This document shows, one piece after another, positions 38,201 through 46,821 of a DNA stretch of 64,000 nt. Within the stretch, counting starts at the first letter, position 1; every line of letters starts with the position of its first letter. Made by a program: the position numbers and the translations under genes. The notes below the pieces were generated by a model. It was given only the letters and a program-made list of their open reading frames with translations, made no database searches and was not told the DNA's origin. Source of the DNA: an uncultured virus (IMG/VR IMGVR_UViG_3300046511_000152) (Duplodnaviria > Heunggongvirae > Uroviricota > Caudoviricetes); IMG/VR virus record IMGVR_UViG_3300046511_000152; one strand, given 5' to 3'.

Positions 38201-39665
38201 CACCACACGCGGCGGTTCGTTCCGCCCGATGGAGTACCTGATCGGCAAGCGGCTCGGTGGGCTCACCCCTGCTGAGTGGGTCGAGCAGAACAAGATCAAC
38301 GTCACGAGCCTCCGCAATGCCACCGATGGTGTGCAGCAGGCGCGGTCGGCTGGTGGCTATTCCTTCAACAACTCGGACTTCAGTGAGTTCAAGAAGCCCG
38401 GCTTCATAGTAACGATGGACCACAAGGTTCTCCCGACAGGTGAGGCTTCCGGCACAAAGGTGCTGGAGTTCGCCAAGCGGTACAAGGACCTGACTGGCAA
38501 GTATCCCGGCACCCTCACCGGGCTGTACTCACGCTCCGATGATCCGGGGAACATGCACATGGACTTCAACATCCATCTGCCTGACCATCCCGGGAACGAG
38601 GAGTTCGCGAAGCGGCTCGGCCTCGAAGGTCGCCAGTACGCAGTCGGCTACGTGGACAAGGCAGGCCAGTACCACGACATCTCTACGGGCTACGATCCCG
38701 CCATACACGGACCGCAGTTCCCGCAGCGGAAGGTCGCGGACATCGAGGCCCAGTTGGACGCCATGAAGTTCCCGACGTTCGATACGCCGGGGACCGACGC
38801 CAAGTTCCTTCCGCCGACGATGAGTCAGCACGCGAAGCTCCAGTTCGACCCGGAGATTCACCAGTACGCCATCGACAATCCCGCCATGGCTCTCAGCAAG
38901 TACGCTGAGGTTGCAGGCAAGACCCCGGAAGAGATCAAGCAGATGATCAACGACGGGAACTTCAAGCCGATGACGGACGCGGGTGTGGCTGGCGCGGTAG
39001 TCGTGAACAAGGACGGCATCGTCTGGCAGTATCAGGACCCTGTTGCCCCGTCGTACAACACGATGACCGCTATCGGCTCACTCCGCAAGAACCCTATGGC
39101 GATGCTCGACAAGCTGAAGGGGCTGGACATCCTGCGGGGACACGACGTGATCGAGCAGTACCGCAACGAAGCTGGCGCTGTCTCCCTCGGCAAGAGAGGT
39201 GAGCCTGCGCCGGATGCAGAGGTGAACAAGGTCTTCGCCAAGATGACGCAGACTGGTGGTCGTGTAGTTCCGGAGACGGCACTCTCGGAATCCCGTGGTG
39301 TTGGGAGCTTCTGGCTCCTGCCCAACGGACGGATCGTGCGGAGTCCGATGACTCATTCCGGTCAGGCTCGGGCGATGAAGATTCCGGGTGTGCGTGACTA
39401 CGCAGGGGCTGAGGGCCGGGGCAGTGCAGGGGTGCAGAGGCTCCTGAACATGGGGATCATCCGGGTCCAGTCGTCCTACGGCGCTGTCGCCTTCGATGTC
39501 GCGGCTGCACCAACCGACATCCAGCGGTCCATCCTCAAGCGTGCTGCAACGACCCAGAAGTTCTGGGCGGGGCAGGCGTTGGATGAGCGTGGCCGTCCGC
39601 TTCACTACGCACACAGCGACTCAGGTACACCGATCCATCACTTCCTCGCTTCACTCAACAAGTAG
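35274..39665 (+). CDS. large polyvalent ejection protein with GNAT-like and HhH-glycosylase-like domains
   Basis: Gly/Ala hydrophobic N-region; KGAG..VLKKL..AD...LVEFYKKHGF; WY...ATS...VALDRH..R...YQSGLW. Confidence 0.7.
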   Translation: MASNDGFEQVVPPPAPAQASAPAPSEDGFEQVKPGDSDGFEVVKPAAEGLIPRVGKAIGHGVMGVARGLSEAAASPVTAFQASQQGSQLEKTMNALPEPDINKMVEKGYSEQQIHNVLKGHADTQASLAQDVEEMGKTGVKSTAEALATYGTLPLGGMGAEGAIAKTGLAKVGEHIAEGAAFGGAYGTAHGGIQAGADAAARGEGAGHIFGAILGGAAKEGALNAALGGVISPVLHGVIGPGWDILSGKASRNAAAAAQETAARAATSTAAVQAFDKNFQPFMLGDRFAADIEAATASKIPDSQLAAQIMSKLQNIPPEEIDPGMIDIMTKKIGQYRAQAHVAVAGGNAGLYPEVELPPVAEGVPPAGARVPLATDITEPTGGPAPDQTPPGVAEPVQPAAPGANIPVAPPEGFEPGQPSVGAPPPGIPLAGVEPQAPTQQMTQAPGLSQPLGTQAGPSSEPRPLEPEPRPVPAPTEPPTANITRGVPYTEVQPGAAPQQGATPTTSQVSKAKLPGGPSHDPARASQAMNDLGVPTGNPGWQTIGDVAYRTSPYEGRNVVELNYIENLGDEKGAGAAVLKKLTKVADEHQVPMTLNALPLPRGNGKGRIPIDKLVEFYKKHGFSVVDEGDGWANMRREPVLPVKADPEVLTGLKAAAGDAKVVAERIEGLTTDRAHMAAGNVVEGKPLVSPKAGFFTRLDEHLGRIGDAADARIKARLSQPSLGAAGGSELLSAKDLAISAAAKMFQMGIRGTKALTEALIKVHGDVIKPMVAKAIEDGRKLLSRLIANDTPTAKQLAAIKETYQSGAGGKDWYNETWGWLQQHFGDDAEMVGRFISATSLGNSTEGGATQTLKAYAQWKLGLPFDGHLNKVHASSLLKATRGEVFGDGKAQGFLGAITGDPNAVALDRHVMRTLGFKNAGKATGKSALSNSTYRLYSSIIRDLAAGEGVTPREYQSGLWVGKKIGDEQMAEQTGVTTRGGSFRPMEYLIGKRLGGLTPAEWVEQNKINVTSLRNATDGVQQARSAGGYSFNNSDFSEFKKPGFIVTMDHKVLPTGEASGTKVLEFAKRYKDLTGKYPGTLTGLYSRSDDPGNMHMDFNIHLPDHPGNEEFAKRLGLEGRQYAVGYVDKAGQYHDISTGYDPAIHGPQFPQRKVADIEAQLDAMKFPTFDTPGTDAKFLPPTMSQHAKLQFDPEIHQYAIDNPAMALSKYAEVAGKTPEEIKQMINDGNFKPMTDAGVAGAVVVNKDGIVWQYQDPVAPSYNTMTAIGSLRKNPMAMLDKLKGLDILRGHDVIEQYRNEAGAVSLGKRGEPAPDAEVNKVFAKMTQTGGRVVPETALSESRGVGSFWLLPNGRIVRSPMTHSGQARAMKIPGVRDYAGAEGRGSAGVQRLLNMGIIRVQSSYGAVAFDVAAAPTDIQRSILKRAATTQKFWAGQALDERGRPLHYAHSDSGTPIHHFLASLNK

Positions 39666-39674
39666 GAGGCCACC

Positions 39675-42221
39675 GTGCCCGGTTTCGGTCCATTCCTCGA
39701 ACAGATCGGTAAGACGCTTCCCGAGATCGGGGAGGCGATGTTCAAGCCGTCTATCCCCGAAGCAGTAGAGCGTACGCCGACATCGCTCATCGAGGCCGGG
39801 AAGCAGTTGCCTTCGCCGATTGCACAGCGTCAAGTCGGGGTTCCCTATCACGGGGACCCCGGCCTTCAGGGTGCGACACGCACCACTGAGGGGATGCCCA
39901 ACTCGGTCGGTGACTGGGTGCGCTCGAAGAAGGATGCACTCATGGGCTTCATCCAGTCCGACCCGGGGATGCCGCAAGACATCGCCGACAAGCTGGTGAA
40001 CCACCGTGCGTCAGTCGAGGAGTCAAACTACCTCGCATCGAAAGCTCTCCAGCCCATCTACGGTGGCCTGACGCGCGCCCCGATGGAGCAGGCAGCGGCC
40101 ATGTGGGACTACGCAACATCGGCTGACGATCTCGCGCAAGCACAGCGCGAGGGCTACAGCCACATCTTGAAGGTCGGCTCGAACGGCGATGTCATGCACG
40201 TTCCCGTTGACCGCTGGGCCGACCACACGCAGAAGCTGAAGGACTACGTGGACGCGGACCCGCAGATCAGCGACGCGCTCGCCAAGCGCACAGATATGTG
40301 GAAGTCTGTCTTCCAGAGCATGGTGGACGAAGGTGCCATCGTGCCGGAGCGGGAGTTGCAGGACTACACCCCCATGCGGCACCTCACGGGGATTGCGCGT
40401 GGGCTTGCGACTGCAACTGGGGACGAGACGCTTGTGCGTCGTCTCTCTTCTGTCCAGCGCCGAGGTGTAGCTGGCGGAGCCCGCGAAACTAACCTCGCCG
40501 TGCTAGAGCATGACGTGATCCGGCGCTTCCTCAAGTGGAAGGCGGACCGGGCACTTTTCTCTAGCCTGATGGCCGACAAGACCATCAACCTCACCGATCA
40601 GTTCAAGTTCGGTGAGCCCCTCCCGGCGAACCTCACCCGGTACGATCCGGGCAAGGGACAGATCGGTTACATGAATCGGCCACCGGAGATGGACTTCATG
40701 TCCGGCGCGGCTGACGTACTCCACAAGGACAAGTACGCGAGCGGTGGCTTCGTGATCCCCAAGGCACTGAAGGGTGCACTGGAGAACATCTCACCGAAAG
40801 ACTCACAGGCTGAGGACGTGTGGCGGCAGGCAGGCAAGGGTGCTGCGCGGTGGCTCACCGTGTACAACCCGAAGAACCTCTCGCTGAACATCGGCTCGGA
40901 CCTCGCGACAGCCCTCATGGGGATGCCCGGGGAGAAGGCGCACCCCATCGGCATCCTCCGCATGTACGGCAAGGTCGTGCAGGGTGTCGTGCAGGCTGCG
41001 ATCAAGGGTACGGGTTACACCGTGGACACGATCCATGGCCCCATCGACGTGATGGACCAAGCCAACCAGCAGGGACTGATGGGCTCAACCTTCATGAGTC
41101 AGGTGAAGGGTGGAGGCTCCATCGCCCCGGAACTGGAGCACCTGATGCCACCGGGAGAGGTCAACCAGACCAACCCGGCAGCCCGGTTCGCCGGGAACCT
41201 CCGGCAGGGCTTCGAGCTTGCACCCCGCATTGCTGCGGGGCTGGAAGCGTTCGAGCGCACCGGGGACATCAAGGAGTTCGGCCGCGTGGGCCGCGAGATC
41301 ACACTCAACTACGGTGGTGGTGCACCCGCTGCATCACGCCAGCCAATGTGGAAGCTGCTCGCCCCATTCATCAAGTACACGGGCCTCGCCACCCGGCGCT
41401 TCGCGAACCTTGCGATGACCCCCGGCTCGCGAGGGCGGACCATCGCAGCGGTCGTGGGTGTGCCGTTTGCAGCCATGATGTGGAACCGGCAGAACGAGGC
41501 GTTCAAGAAGGTGGAGGATGCTCTCCCCGACTATGAGCGCACGGGGATGCACATCACTGTGCCCAACCCTGCGAACCCGGCTGTACCGTTGGTGGACCGT
41601 CAGGGCAAGCCTGTCGTGCTCCGCTTCCGGTACATGATCACGGAGGAGATGATGAAGCAAGCTGGGCTGGGCAATCTGCCCGCCCGGATTGGTCGTCTCG
41701 CTTCTGGTCAGGACACGCCGATACAGGCTCTGGAGCAGACGGCGAAGGCTGTCGGTGGGAACATCGGATCGATGATCACGATGCCCTCGCTGGCGCTCGA
41801 TGCGCTGTCCGACACGGACCGTATGGGCAAGCACAGGGACATTGGTGAGAAGCTCACCCGCATGATCCCGATGGCGAAGATCATCAACGAGGGCTGGTCG
41901 AACACGAAGGACTATGGTCCGCTCGCGGGTGCCCAGCGCACGGCTGAGGAACTGGCGGGGGCGAGCTTCGCGAACGTGGTCCGCAAGGGTCCGAACGTGA
42001 TGGACGCTACCTTGATGGACCACATCAGAGAACTGAAGGACGCGCGGTCAGCCCTCCGGTTGTCTAACCGCAACGACAAGTCCCCGACTGAGAAGGCGAA
42101 GCAGATGAAACGGCTACAGGATGCGGCGAAGGAACTCCAACGCTACGTACGAGCCAAGGGTGCAATGTCAGCCGCCGAGAAGCAGGCGGTACAAGGAGAG
42201 TCCGATGGCTCTACAGAGTAA
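39675..42221 (+). CDS. large internal virion/ejection protein
   Basis: 848-aa helical protein; R.ITLNY...PFIKY and LPDYER segments resembling LPD38-type ejection proteins. Confidence 0.6.
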   Translation: MPGFGPFLEQIGKTLPEIGEAMFKPSIPEAVERTPTSLIEAGKQLPSPIAQRQVGVPYHGDPGLQGATRTTEGMPNSVGDWVRSKKDALMGFIQSDPGMPQDIADKLVNHRASVEESNYLASKALQPIYGGLTRAPMEQAAAMWDYATSADDLAQAQREGYSHILKVGSNGDVMHVPVDRWADHTQKLKDYVDADPQISDALAKRTDMWKSVFQSMVDEGAIVPERELQDYTPMRHLTGIARGLATATGDETLVRRLSSVQRRGVAGGARETNLAVLEHDVIRRFLKWKADRALFSSLMADKTINLTDQFKFGEPLPANLTRYDPGKGQIGYMNRPPEMDFMSGAADVLHKDKYASGGFVIPKALKGALENISPKDSQAEDVWRQAGKGAARWLTVYNPKNLSLNIGSDLATALMGMPGEKAHPIGILRMYGKVVQGVVQAAIKGTGYTVDTIHGPIDVMDQANQQGLMGSTFMSQVKGGGSIAPELEHLMPPGEVNQTNPAARFAGNLRQGFELAPRIAAGLEAFERTGDIKEFGRVGREITLNYGGGAPAASRQPMWKLLAPFIKYTGLATRRFANLAMTPGSRGRTIAAVVGVPFAAMMWNRQNEAFKKVEDALPDYERTGMHITVPNPANPAVPLVDRQGKPVVLRFRYMITEEMMKQAGLGNLPARIGRLASGQDTPIQALEQTAKAVGGNIGSMITMPSLALDALSDTDRMGKHRDIGEKLTRMIPMAKIINEGWSNTKDYGPLAGAQRTAEELAGASFANVVRKGPNVMDATLMDHIRELKDARSALRLSNRNDKSPTEKAKQMKRLQDAAKELQRYVRAKGAMSAAEKQAVQGESDGSTE

Positions 42222-42420
42222 CGGCAGCGGGTGGTTGAACGGCATCATCGGCACAGCGTTCGCCGCAGTAGTCGCGTGGGTCGGTACAGTAACCCGGCAG
42301 ACCTTTGCTAGCAAGGGAAGGCTCGACGTAGTGGACACCCGGTTGGGGAACGTAGAGGGGATGATGAACAAGATGGACGCGAAGATCGACCGGCTGGTTG
42401 ACTTCCTCCTGAAGGAGTAA
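42205..42420 (+). CDS. single-TM holin-like/lysis protein
   Basis: One TM segment plus coiled-coil MDAKIDRL tail. Confidence 0.55.
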   Translation: MALQSNGSGWLNGIIGTAFAAVVAWVGTVTRQTFASKGRLDVVDTRLGNVEGMMNKMDAKIDRLVDFLLKE

Positions 42421-42422
42421 CC

Positions 42423-42845
42423 ATGGGTTTCGACATCGTCAGCAGCGTAGCAGACCTCGCCAAGTCCCTCGTGGAGCGGCTGCTCCCCGATCCGAAGATG
42501 AAGGCCGACGCGCTCCAGAAGCTGGCCGAGCTACAGCAGAACGGCGACCTCGCTGCGATGGCGCAGCAGGCCGACATCAACAAGGTCGAGGCCGCGAGCC
42601 CCAATGCGTTCATCGCAGGTTGGCGACCCGGTGTGGGTTGGGTCTGCGGTGGTGGGCTCGCGATGGCGTACGTCGTCGGCCCGTTCGTCCAGATGATCAT
42701 CGCTCTCGTGGCGGTATTCCACGGGAAGCCTTTCGTTGCGCCTGAAGTGGACATGAGCACGCTCTCACCGATCCTCATGGCGATGCTCGGCATGGCCGGG
42801 CTCCGCACGTATGAGAAGGTGCAGGGCAAGCAGGGGAACCACTAA
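42423..42845 (+). CDS. holin (3TM/GTA-holin-like)
   Basis: INKVEA.S..F.AGWRP..GWVC and L.MLG..GLRTYEK motifs. Confidence 0.85.
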   Translation: MGFDIVSSVADLAKSLVERLLPDPKMKADALQKLAELQQNGDLAAMAQQADINKVEAASPNAFIAGWRPGVGWVCGGGLAMAYVVGPFVQMIIALVAVFHGKPFVAPEVDMSTLSPILMAMLGMAGLRTYEKVQGKQGNH

Positions 42846-42970
42846 TGATCGTACAGATGTTGGCACAGATCGTGGGGGGCGCTGTCATGGCGGTCCTGAA
42901 CGGTGCGCTCTTCGGAGCGGGCTTCGCACTCGGCTACTTGCTGGTCGAGAAGCGGATGGACAAGAAGTAG
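42845..42970 (+). CDS. small membrane peptide
   Basis: 41-aa hydrophobic ORF coupled to the holin stop. Confidence 0.5.
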   Translation: MIVQMLAQIVGGAVMAVLNGALFGAGFALGYLLVEKRMDKK

Positions 42971-42980
42971 GTCACACAAC

Positions 42981-43030
42981 GCAAAAAAGCCCCCACCAGA
43001 CCGACAAGGTCCGATGGGGGCTTTTTGCTT
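42981..43030. terminator. bidirectional intrinsic terminator
   Basis: GCAAAAAAGCCCCCA...TGGGGGCTTTTTGC at the convergence of two gene blocks. Confidence 0.85.
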
Positions 43031-43278
43031 TCTACCACGAGTCGAACACCCCGAGGTTCATGTTCCCGAACAACTGCTCGAACGTCTTGTCGGACTTCGA
43101 CGGACGCCACTCGTTCGGAAGAGCCTCGGATGGGATGTCCTTCTTGATCATCGGGTGGAGGGGCGCTGGGTCAACCGTCCCACCCGGGACCATCTGCTTC
43201 GCTTGAGTCGGGGGCTTCAGTTGAAATGGCACAGCCGCTTCCCAGTACCACTCGTACTTGGGCCACTTCTTCCCCGCC

Positions 43279-43518
43279 TCAAAAGGGCTTGGTCACCAGC
43301 ACTTCGCAGCGGTCCGGGTCCGGGGCAGTCGAGCCCTGACCAGCCACAGCCGCCAGCATGATCGCCTTGTTACTCGCGGCCTGTGCGTCGTCGGCCAGCA
43401 CGAACTGCGGGGCCACGAGAACCGTCTTCTTCGCACCGCCAATGCGCTCGGCCTCGGTCGGGATGTACAGCACCGCGATGAGGTAGACACTGCCGACAGA
43501 CAGGGTGTTGATCGCCAT
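43279..43518 (-). CDS. hypothetical phage protein
   Basis: ORF with GAGGAG RBS, ending EVLVTKPF. Confidence 0.65.
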   Translation of the reverse strand: MAINTLSVGSVYLIAVLYIPTEAERIGGAKKTVLVAPQFVLADDAQAASNKAIMLAAVAGQGSTAPDPDRCEVLVTKPF

Positions 43519-43521
43519 GGG

Positions 43522-44115
43522 TTACTCCTCTACTGGGGGTACTACGATGTGTGGATCACGGACCATGTCGAGCAACCGGGTCAACAGCTTCGCGGTCGCC
43601 CTTGCGTCCTCCAGTGCGTTGTGCACCGAACCTGTGCGGATGGTGATACCGAACCTCTGGCACAGCCCGTCGAGCCCTCGCGAGCGCAGGCCGGGCAAGC
43701 GACCGACAGTGTCGAGCGCAGCCGCCAGTGTCATCGTGTCGAGCATCTTGTAGCTGAGTGTCTTGTTGACATCCTCACCAGCCAGCCGGTAGAGCCTCTT
43801 GATGAAGCCCCAGTCGAACGACGCGATGTTGTGCCCAGCCATGGGCGCGACCTTGAAGAAGCCGTTCTTCAACAGGAACGCCTTCAGCTTCTGCGTGGCC
43901 GTGAGCGGATCGTCGCCCACCCACGTCATCGGATCGATGCCGTTCACCTTCAGGGCACCGACAGTGTAGACCATCGGGGCCTCCCGGATGTTGATCAGGA
44001 GTTCGTCCGCGATGCTCCCGTCTTGCCACACCACCGCACCGAGGGAGAAGATCGATTCCCGCTCCGGGTCCAAGCCACCAGTCTCCGTGTCAACCACGAG
44101 GATTTTGTGGCTCAT
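43522..44115 (-). CDS. DEDDh 3'-5' exonuclease (DnaQ-like)
   Basis: VDTETGGLD, GHNIASFD and HNALEDA motifs. Confidence 0.9.
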   Translation of the reverse strand: MSHKILVVDTETGGLDPERESIFSLGAVVWQDGSIADELLINIREAPMVYTVGALKVNGIDPMTWVGDDPLTATQKLKAFLLKNGFFKVAPMAGHNIASFDWGFIKRLYRLAGEDVNKTLSYKMLDTMTLAAALDTVGRLPGLRSRGLDGLCQRFGITIRTGSVHNALEDARATAKLLTRLLDMVRDPHIVVPPVEE

Positions 44116-44543
44116 TGGACGTGCAGCAACGTCACGTTGCCGTCCATGCAGGGCATCATCTTCATGTAGGTCTCGCTGTCATCGAAGAACAGGTCGAGGC
44201 CCAGCTTCTGGCTCAGGGCACCCTTGCGGAGGCCGAGGTCGCGGAGCCGGTAGTCGAGCGGGAACGTCTCCTTCACTGCGTACAGCGTATGCAGGATCGC
44301 CCGGGGACCCTCCGGTCCGTAGAGCATCACGATACTCTCACCACCGATGTTATCGTGGACCTCATGGGCGATGCCCAGTGCGTCCAGCTTGTCGTGCTTC
44401 GCGCCCGAGGACTGCCAGTCACCAGCTTCCCTGAAGATGCCGGTGATGATGTGAACCTCGTGCCCCGCCTTGAGGAGTGCGTTGCACAGGTTCCGCAGTG
44501 CTGGCTTGTCGAGCGTGCCGTCGAGATCGAATCCGACCGTCAT
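44112..44543 (-). CDS. HAD-superfamily phosphatase-like protein
   Basis: GFDLDGTL, IITG, K and FFDDS motifs. Confidence 0.8.
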   Translation of the reverse strand: MTVGFDLDGTLDKPALRNLCNALLKAGHEVHIITGIFREAGDWQSSGAKHDKLDALGIAHEVHDNIGGESIVMLYGPEGPRAILHTLYAVKETFPLDYRLRDLGLRKGALSQKLGLDLFFDDSETYMKMMPCMDGNVTLLHVQ

Positions 44544-44691
44544 TCCCACACCCCGAACTCGTTGCGCTCGATGCCGAACGCCTTGATGACGGCCCGCCAC
44601 ATGGCAGCCTGCTCCGCTGTGGTCTTCCGGCCGCTGTTGTCTTCCCAGTACGCCGCGTTGCACAGCATCACTACCATTTTACGTTGCTCGG

Positions 44692-45165
44692 TCATGAGAA
44701 CCTCTCTCCTGTCTCGATCATGTGCCGCAGCCGCACGGCACGATCACCCACCTGCTTGAACCACAGACTGTCAGCCATCTCACGGCCCGCATCCGCCCAC
44801 GCCACGTCCTCACCACCGAAGGAGAGGTTGTGCGCCCTGTTCACCGCCGCGAGGAACTTGCTGAACGCCCCCAGCTTGTTGCCAAGATTGAAGGCCATGT
44901 TGATCAGGGCATCCTGACGAACAGAGTCGAGGAGGACCCAGTTGTTGACGTACATCCGGGCACGGTTCTCGGCGGTCTGCACATCGAAGTTGTACAGGGC
45001 CGTCATCTCCTCGTCCGTGATACTCGACATGCGAGGAATCGTACCAGCACCGAGGAGGTGGCCGATGCCGATGGTCCAGTTGCCCATCTTGTCCCGGTAG
45101 GCGTCGTACCGCACGCCCTCGTCGCGCATCAGGTCCTTCTTGAGGTCACTGGGCATCGGGCTCAC
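44692..45165 (-). CDS. endolysin (T4-lysozyme/GH24-like)
   Basis: DEG...AY.D..G.WTIGIGH, L.NMAFNLG and S.W..QV..RA.RL motifs. Confidence 0.9.
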   Translation of the reverse strand: MSPMPSDLKKDLMRDEGVRYDAYRDKMGNWTIGIGHLLGAGTIPRMSSITDEEMTALYNFDVQTAENRARMYVNNWVLLDSVRQDALINMAFNLGNKLGAFSKFLAAVNRAHNLSFGGEDVAWADAGREMADSLWFKQVGDRAVRLRHMIETGERFS

Positions 45166-45705
45166 TGACAGTGATGTTGACCGACACCTCGGTGCCCTCG
45201 TTGCGGTTCACGTCGAGGAGCGCGAACATCACGTGGTTCACGACGACAGCCAAGCTATCGTACGGTGCCCCTTGGAACGCCCGCATGAACCTACCGTCCT
45301 GCACCAACGCGGCCTCCCACTTGTCACCCGTCTTGCGGGCCGCCACCGTCATCTGTGTGTTCGCCATCGAGGTTTCCTTTCGCGCGACGGTCTGCCGTCG
45401 CAATGAGTTTGAACAACATCGCCTTCACAGTCCCACGTGCCTTCGCTCCCCGGTGGGGAGTGTAGTACCCGTGGTAGAACACGTCCACCAGTTCATCGGC
45501 TGGTCCCGGCTCCAGCCCCGCCTTGATCGCTGCCACCCGTGCCGAGAGGAGTTGCTCGAACTCAGTCCTGCGGAATCGCCACCACTTGCGCGAGCAAAGG
45601 TAGATCGGTGGGTTCAAGTTGATGTTCGCCGCCTCACGGGTGATGAAGCAATGTACACACATCCGCCCCACGCTGCGAGGGCGATGACCACAGACAGCGC
45701 ACGGA

Positions 45706-46821
45706 TCAGAAGTGGTTCCGGGGGTCTTCGCCGGGGTGGGCATCCCTCCACTCCTTGATCATTTGCAATGTGAGCGCGTACCCGGCCGTGTCGGTCAGGT
45801 TGTCACGCTTGGCCGCGTTCCGGTGCCGGGACTGCTTCACGCAGATCATCGTCTGCCCGATGTCCTCGGCCTCCAGTCGCGCACCCGGCTTCAGCTTGTC
45901 CCGCAGCAACGCGGTCAGCATGTCGGCAGAGCGGGTCATGTCGAAGATCGGATGGCCGTAGCTCGCGCCACGGTCGCCCAGCACGAGGCGGTGCGCTTCC
46001 TGCGCGACGCTCTCAGTCGGTGTCGTGTGGTAGATCGGATCGATCTTGATGTCGATGCAGTCCAGCTTCGACGTAGACGGGTTACCCGTGACAGGGATGA
46101 ATCGGCCCGGTCGTGAGTAGAGTCCCTCCACATCCAACGTCCCCGGCTGCTTAGGAAACAGTTCCATCTGCTCCAACGTAGCATCCTTCATCTGTGCTGA
46201 GACGATCTCTTCATTCCGCTCTTTCCGCTCCTCAATCGCCTGCCGCACGTACATCACCGCGTCGAGCAGTTCCTGATAGAGGTCCACGAGTGCCTTGCGG
46301 CCGTTCTGGGTCTTCAGTTCCGTGCCGTACTTGGCGATGCCCTGCTCCCTGCGCTCCTTGATGTCGGCGAGCACGAGGTCGGTCACGCTGGTCTTGCCCT
46401 CGCTGGGGTCTTGCTGTGGTCTGGTTGTGTCACCCATGGCTTTCTCCTTCTGGCATGTTTCACACCACATCTCATGCCACGCGAGCATCGCGGCTTCTTT
46501 CGGACGAGGCTTCGGCAGCGGGGGAACACACGAGTGCCCGGTGTCCCCCGGCTTGAACTTGTACCCGCACACTGTGCACGGGGGGAACGTGTTCACGGTA
46601 CAGTACGGGCAGACCGTGCTACCGGGTCGCCCACACACCTGACACCGCATCACGTTCATCGGCTCTTCAACGATAGTGATCGGTTTGTTCCAAGCGATCC
46701 CACCCCCCGAGGGCCACAACGAAAGTGTCCCCACTGGTTTGTACTTGGTGAACCGTCCCTCGAACAGTCCCCGGAACTTGTCGTACGCCCCGAGGATCGG
46801 GTGCTTCTTCCGGAGGCCCAT
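45706..46821 (-). CDS. MazG-like nucleotide pyrophosphohydrolase / DUF6378-like fusion with Cys-rich N-terminus; possible internal start at 46437
   Basis: R...G..KYG..L...DLYQELLDA.MY; GDR...YGHP and K.SR...DN..D.AGYA; strong RBS before M at 46437. Confidence 0.7.
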   Translation of the reverse strand: MGLRKKHPILGAYDKFRGLFEGRFTKYKPVGTLSLWPSGGGIAWNKPITIVEEPMNVMRCQVCGRPGSTVCPYCTVNTFPPCTVCGYKFKPGDTGHSCVPPLPKPRPKEAAMLAWHEMWCETCQKEKAMGDTTRPQQDPSEGKTSVTDLVLADIKERREQGIAKYGTELKTQNGRKALVDLYQELLDAVMYVRQAIEERKERNEEIVSAQMKDATLEQMELFPKQPGTLDVEGLYSRPGRFIPVTGNPSTSKLDCIDIKIDPIYHTTPTESVAQEAHRLVLGDRGASYGHPIFDMTRSADMLTALLRDKLKPGARLEAEDIGQTMICVKQSRHRNAAKRDNLTDTAGYALTLQMIKEWRDAHPGEDPRNHF

